A stretch of 64,000 nucleotides of DNA from Ophelia neglecta (Eukaryota), in NCBI GenBank assembly GCA_965285935.1, contig OZ260663.1, positions 68,572,001 to 68,636,000 on the forward strand. The letters are read 5' to 3'. Below the pieces are notes generated by a model. The model had not been told where the DNA came from and made no database searches. It saw only the letters and a list, made by a program, of their open reading frames with translations. This document shows, in pieces, positions 54,513 to 64,000 of the stretch. Each line of letters opens with the position of its first letter. The stretch's first letter is position 1. Position numbers and translations under genes: made by a program.

Positions 54513-55222
54513 CAAGATACCTGCTGTCCCAAGCAAGATACCTGCTGTCCCAAGCAAGATACCTGCTGACCCAAGCAAGATACCTGCTGTCCCAAGCAAG
54601 ATACCTGCTGTCCGAAGCAAGATACCTGCTGTCCCAAGCAAGATACCTGCTGTCCCAAGCAAGATACCTGCTGTCCCAAGCAAGATACCTGCTGTCCCAA
54701 GCAAGATACCTGCTGTCCCAAGCAAGATACCTGCTGTCCCAAGCAAGATACCTGCTGTCCCAAGCAAGATACCTGCTGTCCCAAGCAAGATACCTGCTGT
54801 CCCAAGCAAGATACCTGCTGTCCCAAGCAAGATACCTGCTGACCCAAGCAAGATACCTGCTGTCCCAAGCAAGATACCTGCTGTCCCAAGCAAGATACCT
54901 GCTGTCCCAAGCAAGATACCTGCTGTCCCAAGCAAGATACCTGCTGTCCCAAGCAAGATACCTGCTGTCCCAAGCAAGTTACCTGCTGTCCCAAGCAAGA
55001 TACCTTCTGTCCCAAGCAAGATACCTGCTGTCCCAAGCAAGATACCTGCTGTCCCAAGCAAGATACCTGCTGACCCAAGCAAGATACCTGCTGTCCCAAG
55101 CAAGATACCTGCTGTCCCAAGCAAGATACCTGCTGTCCCAAGCAAGATACCTGCTGTCCCAAGCAAGATACCTGCTGTCCCAAGCAAGATACCTGCTGTC
55201 CCAAGCAAGTTACTGCTGTCCC
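54513..55222. repeat. 21-bp minisatellite, ~33 near-identical copies
   Basis: Unit CAAGATACCTGCTGTCCCAAG with rare single-base variants and no spacers. Confidence 0.97.
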
Positions 55223-55440
55223 AGGCAAGACTGCTGCCATTAAACCAAGATACTTGATGTCCTGGACAATCCGGTTATCATTAAACCAAGAAATGTAATG
55301 CCATAGGCCTCTCTGCTGCAATTAAACCAAGATACCTGTTGTCCCAGGCAGTCCTGCCGCCAGTTTACCAAGATAATTGATGTCCCAGGCAGTCCTGCTG
55401 CAATTAAACCAACATATGAGATGTCCCTGACAGTCCTGTT
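55222..55440. repeat. Older degenerate ~41-bp tandem repeat related to the 21-mer
   Basis: About 5 units resembling GGCAGTCCTGCTGCAATTAAACCAAGATACCTGTTGTCCCA, with related units at ~54100 and 54471. Confidence 0.75.
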
Positions 55441-57210
55441 AATAACTGTACTACTATTTAATCAGTACTACTATTATTTTTACTCTCAGGCAAGATTGTG
55501 TGCTATTACTACTCCCAGCTATTTTGGCAAACAAATGGGGCAGTGTACATGTATATGGGAAAGTTGAGCTAGAAAATATGGCATATCAGGATCTGAAATT
55601 CTCTCTCCCCCCCCCCCCTCCCCATCTTGAGAACTCCGAAAATTTTGTGACTGAACCTTTTGAGGCCCACAAACTCATAAAAAGCAAATGCTTTATAATT
55701 TGTAGGCAATTTGCGGAGGTGGGAGGAAGATGGTTAAAACCTGGAAATTCTAAGGTGTGTGAATATTAGGGACACTGTAGAGGCCAATACAGCCAGTCAG
55801 AGATGACATATGCCTAGTGCAGCTCCTAATTTAGCAGGGGACAGCACTGCATATGACTAGGCAACAGCATTGGTGGGGCTAAACTTGGGGATTGCAGAGT
55901 TATTTTTATGCTCATTGAAATCCATATAGGTATTAGACCAAAGAGAATTACATATTTGACGAGCCCCCTTATACATTAATCATTCATGCATTTTTGTTTA
56001 ACAAATTCCTAATGTTAAATCACCAAGCACAAGTGTAATATGCCCAACTAGCTATAACCACTTACTGGTCACTGTTCCATTCATCCCAATAGCTCTAAAA
56101 TGCAAAATTAAAGAAACCAGTGACATTAATGGTGAAATATAAGGGTTTTACAATATAACTATAACTGGACAAAAACAAAACCAACGGGACAGCAAGGATG
56201 TCACTTTTGGTGTGCCAAGGTCCGAGGGCACATACTCCAGGGCAAACATGTACATGCATACTCCTGTTTGTATACGTTTAAATGCAAATGTGTTTCTCAA
56301 AAAACAATATTTCCTTGTTTCACAAGTATCCCTGACAGTATAATTACATGTAAGTCATGTGATTTCTGGATATTTGTATTTATTTGTATTTGCTATTGGG
56401 AACTCAACCCCACAGAATCAACATTGTAACATTACAGCCAAATATCAAAATGTTCCATATGGTTAAAATACTGTCAAGAGGACAATAAATATGATGAGAT
56501 TGCCTTGCCCTCATACATGTACCATTGGGAAAAGTGTAGAAGCTAGGGACAGATACATTAAGTGCGCATGGAGCCTTTAAAGGATTTTATTTTTGTATCT
56601 CGTTAGGTCATATGATAAATATCTAAATAGTAGGCAGTACAAATTTAATTAAAATATATAGCATGATAATATTATGAAAGATATTTATAATACTCATACA
56701 TCTACCTGTAGGCCTACATCATTTCCTCAATACAGTGTGTATCATTTGTATGCATACATGTATGTACATGTATGGTCTTATCATATTCTAACTGATAAAA
56801 AAAATAGACACTAATTTTAATGGGACCTGTTTAGAAGTTGCATTATAAAGAGAAGTGTGAACTCCAATCCCTGAGTTAATATCACAGTATTCATGCTCAT
56901 TGCATTCTAGAAGATGACAAGATGTCATCTTTTTTGTTGTGGTCCACTCCTCCTTGTGAAGGAAATTCCAATCTTTAAAGGTCTAGGGAAATTTTTAAAT
57001 GATTTACCAAACAAGGCTTCAAAGTGTAAGTTATTATCTTTAACAAATCATTACCAGATAAATATAAAAAATTTGTTGCCATGAAAACAAGTTTATTGTT
57101 CTTTTTGGCAATGTTTTGAAATTTTTTTGAATCTAGCAAATTTCAACGATGTTGCATTTGATAATTTACTAAGACATTGATGATCAAATATACATGTAGA
57201 TATAAATATA

Positions 57211-57381
57211 CAGTATAAACCTGTGAATAAAACCACCGAAGGGACCGCTGGTCTGATATTGGAGGTGGTCTGTTCAGACAGGTTATTTAACATTGAAAAC
57301 ATACAGAATGGTCCTCATATCAGTGGTCTGAATTGGCAGATGGTATGATTATAGAGGTGTTCTTTAAGACAGATTTCACTG
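57211..57381 (+). mobile_element. MITE family B copy
   Basis: TA|CAGTATAAACCTGTGAAT ... CAGATTTCACTG|TA. Colinear with 12478-12655. Confidence 0.8.
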
Positions 57382-60130
57382 TATCCTTATAAAAGGCCAC
57401 CACAAATATTTAGAGTAGTCAAAGTTTGATATACAACAAAAAATCTTCTATTGAAGACCACATTTGAGCAGTGTTGTTAAGAAGTTTTAAGAATTTTTTT
57501 CTTAATTCTCCATAAACCCTGAAAAAGTAAAGGTACATATTTACTGTTACATATTTTATCACTATTATTACAAAAGTAAATATTTGTACAGTATAACATT
57601 GTGAATATTGTTTAATATTTATCACATTGGTTTACAATCTTCTATATGATATCTGTATCTAATGTTATCAGAAATATGACCTTTAACATATACCAGGTGT
57701 ACATACTACCAAAGTCAGGTAAAATTCTCATATGATTCTCAGTAAAAGGCGGTGATCTTGTGTGTTCTTGATTTGCTACATGAAGTCAGGTACAGTAAGT
57801 AAAACCTGTATTATTCACCTAATACATGTAGTAGATGATATATTATTTTGTTAACTAACTCTTTCTTCAGATTCCAGTTCTTGTTACAATATGTTATGAA
57901 ACCTTCTATTTACTGATATCATTTTTCATTGACATATTTACACTCAAAGATACATTAGGTCATTAACCCATTTTAATTATAGGTGTTTATAAATTTCTCA
58001 AGGGTTGTCAAAAGAAGTAATAAAACTGAAAGTGGGGTGTTTTTATCAATATTGTATTTACAAGTTGGTTACTTCTTTAATAGATTAATGACAAGGATTC
58101 TCCTGCATAATATTTTGTCATTATTCTACTGTGTTTAGGGGGCAAGTTTGGTTCAAGGATATCATAATTTGAGTATTTTGGCTTATTTTTTCACATAAGT
58201 CGTGACAAACATCTGCTTAACTTGAATATCTACATTCTACTAACAGAAAAAAGAGGGGTCCTGGTGTCTTTTTCAAAACACAACACTTATTTTTAGTCTT
58301 GGAGTATTCAAAGTGACTAAATTACTATCTAACATGGCCAATAATACCTGAAGTGTATAATTCCTAGCCATACTAGTGTTCTAAGAAGCAGGATAACCCC
58401 TATTTTGTCTTTCTTTTATTGCTTGAATAGATATTCAGGTACATTATCTACCAAAAATTTGGGTGCTTGGCATGACTTACATACAAGTACGTAACATATA
58501 ATTTTCTATAAAAAAAATACAAAAGTATACAGATTTTTTAAAAAGTTTATTTACTATCAATATTCCTTGTTAGACTTGTACATTTAAACATTAAGTATAT
58601 ATTCATGTCACACCAATGCAGGGTAAACCTTGAAATTACATGTTACAGTAGTGGATTAGGTACTGTATAAAAGAATAAACACAAATGAATATATATATAA
58701 CATAAAATAAGTAATTTTTCAGTTTTATTAACTTGGTACTCTTGTTAATTAAAACATTTATCCAATTACCTGATCTGCATCCTTGTTGCCCTATAAAATA
58801 AATCATATTTTGTAATTGAAACTTCCTGGTCATGAAAGTAAATCAGCTGAAATAAGTGTCATTGTGAATATCCTATTCAATCAAGCAGGGGAAAGACTTT
58901 ATTGAATGCATATTTCAAAGGGTTATGCTTATCACGTAGCAGGTGTATTTCTGCTTAGCAGGGCAGCAACGGACCGTGTCCACAATGTACACCTACTGCT
59001 ATGAACAGCCAGATGGTGCCCTGTACTGCCTTAACTTCAGTTCTTATGGCAATTAAGTTGTAAAAGCCAGAGGGTAAATCTAAACTATGCATGGTGACAG
59101 TGTTTGAAAGATGTCAGTCGCATTCTGCCCACAAGCCACACCACGTAGCTGGACTGCACACTTTCATAATAAGATGGATGGACAGAGCATGTACATGTAC
59201 AAGTTGGCCCCCTTTCATTTCCACTACTACATGTAGTTTGAACCATCACATTGCCTGCTCCATCTTGTGGCACTTAATATGGCAATGCCTGGCTCCTCAA
59301 TCAGAATATTGACCAATTCATAGGATAGCAGGCAGCAGAATCTCAAGAAGGGTCAGTGGAAAGAACTCTAATAGCAGGTCAGCAACATTAAGTCTTCACT
59401 GTCCTATCTCGGGTCCATTCATATATGTGCATCATGAACATGCCATATTGCAGGCATTATATCTATATACATGTATACTTAGATAAAGTGGATGATCTAG
59501 GGAGTGATAGACCTAGTGCACCTGAGTGATTCATACCATGTAAATCACCCAGATTGCAGCTTGTCATAGATATCAAGACCAGCGTATGACTTGAGCATGC
59601 TGACACTGGCCCGCCTGCTCAGCCTCAACTTGATGAGTCACTGGTTATAGATGTATGTTTCTACATGGAAATCCAGAGTCTTGACTTGGTGACTGTAGAT
59701 GTGTAGTAGGTGAGTGATACTATTAGATGTTTAACATGCATAACACATGAGAAGCTATTAGATCAGAAAGATGTAGTGCATGGTAGTGATGAACACAAAG
59801 AAAGCCACTATTTACTGGTATCACAGCTAATGTGATAAAAAGGTGACTCCATTATTTAAACCTCACTGACCCATAAGGTATGTGTAGCAATGTGTCTTAA
59901 TGTGGATATACATTCATGTACAGTATATGTTATAACATTTGTCAGAACAAGAATTTAAGAGCAGATGCATGTTCAGTATGCACATACATGAGGTACACAA
60001 GCCTCTTTAACTTACACTTTTAAAATTGGTGATAAATATTGTGCTGATTGCAATATTATAATATTAAACATATTGGATTCACAAAACAAAAGCTGTAATA
60101 TTATACCATGTCAAGTTAGTGGCTTTTTAT

Positions 60131-60850
60131 ATTTTTGCCCCCACCCATTTTTGAAAAACCTGGGAGATATGTATTGGGCCATGTCCTCCGCTAGCGCTGC
60201 CATTTATTTTAGTTATATCTCAGCAAGCGTTATGCCCACTGTAACTATATTCCATAGATGTGGTCATTGGGCCTGGGAAATCTTTATGAGATAGACTAGT
60301 ACTTATCCTACTTCCTCTACAGCAATATGCTTAGGAAAGCTCGTTAACAAAATTGCGCAAAAAGTATTGGAGCTACTTGGATGAAATTGATGGGGAGGAA
60401 GCATTTTAGGTAGAATTAGGCTTAACATGATTCATTTTTGGCGGAAATCCGAATAGATAATAATTTTCCATTGCAATACCAAATAAGAAATGCGAAGAAG
60501 AAATTTGGATAATGTCATATAATGCACTGCATGATGTCATAATGTACATGTATGTCAAGGTCTACTATCTAGGTTGCCAATCCGAGCCTTGTATGCATTG
60601 AGAAGGTGTTTTGAGTGAATAAAAATATTTTGGGTGGACTTTTTATTATTTGCTTTTCTAGCCATTTCATGCGATTTCTAGTGCTTTGAACAAATAAGAT
60701 ATTCACAGAGTTTTTTTTTTGGGGGGGGGGGTGGCATGGTCTGAGCTTACTCTTGGCTTGACTTTGACAGGAGTGATTTTGCAACAGACATGTTTACTGT
60801 TCCTTTTAATTGATGGAGGGCATGCGTTTCCAAACGCCTTTGTTTCTTAT
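60131..60850 (+). mobile_element. Degenerate Helentron-like non-autonomous element
   Basis: T-rich start TTTTTGCCCCCCACC. The 3' end GATGGAGGGGCAT is followed by hairpin GCGTTT-CC-AAACGC and TTTCTTATT. Confidence 0.5.
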
Positions 60851-60999
60851 TTCCTTTTCAGAGGCACAGAGGAGCTCATTAAAATACAAACTTCTAGAAA
60901 TGAGACAGGACAACTTGGTAAGGCAGACTGCCATTAAAAGCTCACTGAGGCAGCCCTGTCAGTATTAATTATGGCCTCAGTGTAAAGCATTCAACTCCA

Positions 61000-61732
61000 A
61001 TGACCGCTACCATGGACCTGCCCGTAAGACTCCTCAACAAAGGAGCAGATTACTTCAGAGAAAGGATGCTACAGAGAGATTCTGGTAAGCTAACATTTTG
61101 TAAACTACAAATAATTATGGAATCATTGATAATCAAAATTGCATAGTTTTGATGGATAATATGCTACATACAAGTACATATAATACGGATACTGGTAATA
61201 ACTATTGTTGGCATGTTCACACCAGTAATTTGACATGAATTTGAGCAAATGACCTGTAATTCTAGCCTGACTTTTAATTGGTTTGCAAAGAGACCTACCC
61301 TTAAAGTAATCTGGGGTCAAAGAGTTTTAATGGCTGCGTCTTAAGTGTGATACCCATATAGACAAACATTCATGTATGCATACACTGGCTCTTATTCCCC
61401 TGTATAATAATACATTATCAAAAAAACCATGCAACTTTGCCTTAAAGAACTTGCATTTTAATAACACACTGTTAATATTCACATCCCTTGAGAGCATGAT
61501 TGTCAAGAATATGTCACTGTTTAACCTTTCTTGTTGTTTGAATGACCCTTAAACAGTTATGAATCACTTCCTTTCACGTTTAAAAAAAATGTTTAACAGG
61601 GTTTGAAAGAACCAACAGAAGAAGTGCTGTAGAGTTACTTGAAGAAACCAAACCACTCTATGTAAAAAGTGAAAGTGTTTGCCATTCTCGACAGATGATA
61701 AACAACTCCTACAACTTGCAAGCTGGTATCAG
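61000..61732 (+). CDS. FAM110: FAM110-family protein, first two coding exons (61000-61084, 61600-61732 or -61725); continues downstream
   Basis: The spliced translation MTATMDLPVRLLNKGADYFRERMLQRDSGFERTNRRSAVELLEETKPLYVKSESVCHSRQ matches the FAM110 N-terminal motif (P.R.LNKGPDYFR..R.SAVERLEADK.KYVKS..V...Q). Donor G|GTAAGC and acceptor AACAG|G are phase 1. An upstream acceptor is at 60861. Confidence 0.85.
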
Positions 61733-61939
61733 GTCGGTGTTTTTAACATTTGGAGTACATGATGTTTAATGAATGAGATTGCTAATACATCAAAACATGA
61801 ATATTTCATCGCTTTATATTAGTAGCTTATTTATAATAAAAGTAGCCCTTAATTGCTTAAAACTTTAACAGACAGTATATTTAATTGATGGTTTCCTTTC
61901 CTAGTTTGTTACTATGGTTTTAAGATCTAGTAGGCAATA

Positions 61940-62150
61940 TACTGTAAAAGCCTTTCATTTCCCTGCCATTAATGTTCATGGTTTTGGGACACTAATTATT
62001 TCCCTGTCCTTTAATATAGTATTTTAGAGGCATGTACAATTGATTCTCACTCTGACTCTAATTTTCATGAGCCTCTTAATCTCGTGGTTTTTGCCTTACC
62101 ACTGAAATTCTTGAAATAAGGGGATTGTGGAACATAATTATTTTACAGTA
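61940..62150. mobile_element. Degenerate MITE (TACTGTAAA...TTTACAGTA)
   Basis: Terminal inverted TACTGTAAAA / TTTTACAGTA about 210 bp apart. Weaker remnants of similar layout occur at ~17980-18165 and ~18780-18980. Confidence 0.5.
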
Positions 62151-64000
62151 ATATGTTGCTGAAAAGTGTTGTAAGTGTGTTTTGTAGCTTATGTTATATT
62201 CATTATCATAAACTCGTCGTTTGTCTGTTGGTAGTTGCTTATAACTTCAGCACACCAACTCAATTTAATTAAATATATTGCCTACCTAATTCAACAAAGT
62301 ACAATGTACAATCAGTAAAACAATGGTAGTGAAAGAGAAGTTTGGATGAATTATTTGTCCCAGTAAAGACCAAAAAAGTAGCTAGTATATTGGTTGGCAG
62401 GAATACAATAAACAATTGATGGTCCTTACAGTTAGTAGTGTTGACGCAATGTAAAGGAAATTTATGTCCAGGATCAGGAACAAATAAGTAGATTTATTTA
62501 TTAATTTTTTGGGTCTTTCCTAGATGCATGCTGTTAGCTAGTATACTAGTCATTTATTTCATTTTTCATTTGATTAAAAGAAAGGGCTGCCTGATATACT
62601 GCTCGTAAAAGATGCCACTTTCCGGGTTGCAAATATTGCTGTGGTTCATTGTGACTTTGATGATTATAATGAAGACAATGCGGGGATGAGCTACGTACTT
62701 CATGTATATGTTATGATTTATTTTGGGCTTATTGTGTAGAAAATTCTTTTTATATAGATCAAAACAGAAATTCCTAGAATGTTGTTTAATAAAGTTCTTT
62801 TACTCAATTGGGGCACAGCATAATTATCATAAAACTGAGGGGTGTTCATTATAATTCCCTGTGTGGAAAGAGGCAGCAAATATGGATCCAGCACCGCAGA
62901 AACTTTTAAGACCCGGTGCCTCCAGCATTCAAAAACCACAGAGTACTGCTAAAACAACAGTCAGGTGGAATAATGCCTGAGAGTATAATTCATTGGTGCA
63001 TTGTGAAAACTTTCCTGATGCAGTCACAAACAGAGAGTGTCCTGGAGAGTGTACATCACAAAGGGAAGAATGTCACAAATATTGTGTATATGGCAAAGCA
63101 TGTGTTTCATGAAATGAAGAATATGCGCTATGAAGAGAAGAGCATACATCACGACGTGATCATAAAGCAAATACAAAGTAAAGAGTGCCCATCATAAATA
63201 AATGTTCATTGCAATTAAAGTAAATGAGATATGTAGTATAATGTAAGGAAGACAAATATGAGTGCTGTTTAATTTTAAGCACTTATAGCCACACTCTCAA
63301 AATAGTAAAACCCATCATTCTGGAGTTTTGAAGGTCTGCAGGAGGTAAGCTGGAAACTATGTATCCCACAGACATATTCATATAGGTTGTGACCAGCAAA
63401 GCCACATGTTGTATCCTTTCTTGGGGTAGGGGGCTTATGTCACAATTGTTTGATAAACCTTGATAATTTTATAATCAACTATGTAATGAAATGTTTGCAA
63501 TATCACTGATGCATCCAAATGGTGGAATAAATTGTGTCAAGTTTCTAATACACATGAAGACAATATTTTATCAATAGCAGCACTAAATGACATTTAATTG
63601 TCCTCATTTGTTAAATGTGGAATGAGCAAAGTCAGCTGAAGTATTACATATATCTATCTTAAGTAAAATTAATGAGTCACTGCTTTATATATCATTATTG
63701 TAAACCTGGAGAGCATGTGAATTTGAGGCGGTCTAGACTATACCTATATTGTGGATGGAGATATCTAAACTCTTCTGATCTGAAATAAGTTTACTGTCTT
63801 AAACATTCCAGTAGTGCATGTGTATCAGAAGGCACCAATCAGTTTTTCTTCCATTGTAAATAATTAATTTGATTCATTTTTAATGTGATTTGCATGTGTC
63901 AATAGAAGTTTCCATTAATGTTGAAAATAAAAAGCTCGGTTAAAGCTTAAGTGATTTTGTGGCACTAAAGCATATTGCTCAGTGTCCAGTGTAGTAAATA

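Noticed and set aside
54284-55321. 345-, 272- and 246-aa repetitive ORFs, or a CRISPR-like array
   Set aside because: By-products of a stop-free 21-bp tandem unit that is open on both strands. There are no unique spacers or cas genes, and the context is eukaryotic.
62916-63197. 93-aa ORF
   Set aside because: GTG start, no recognisable motif and no convincing flanking splice sites.

Overview
AT-rich, intron-containing animal genomic DNA. A lophotrochozoan, probably a mollusc, is inferred from the Elovl2/5 signature, the GRL101-type GPCR and the repeat types. I assembled five genes by hand from splice sites and reading phase. (1) The 5' 23 coding exons of spatacsin/SPG11 (- strand, running off the left edge), with a U12-type intron, a GC-AG intron and a 34-bp tandem array that multiplies a splice donor. 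(2) A complete Elovl2/5-type fatty acid elongase (-). (3) A giant (~2296 aa) CUB-like / C-type lectin / LDLa / LRR / 7TM GRL101-like GPCR (-) encoded by only two huge coding exons. (4) A complete TTC4/Cns1 Hsp90 co-chaperone gene (+) nested inside the single coding intron of that GPCR. (5) The first coding exons of a FAM110-family gene (+), which is absent from the ORF track. A TATA+Inr promoter divergent from Elovl may start a + transcript spanning the GPCR and TTC4, giving a possible three-layer nesting. Also present: several MITE families, Helentron-type non-autonomous elements, an RNase H-bearing LINE remnant, a tRNA-derived SINE and a young 21-bp minisatellite. No CRISPR array, rRNA or intact tRNA was seen. 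All gene identities come from motif recognition, not from database searches.
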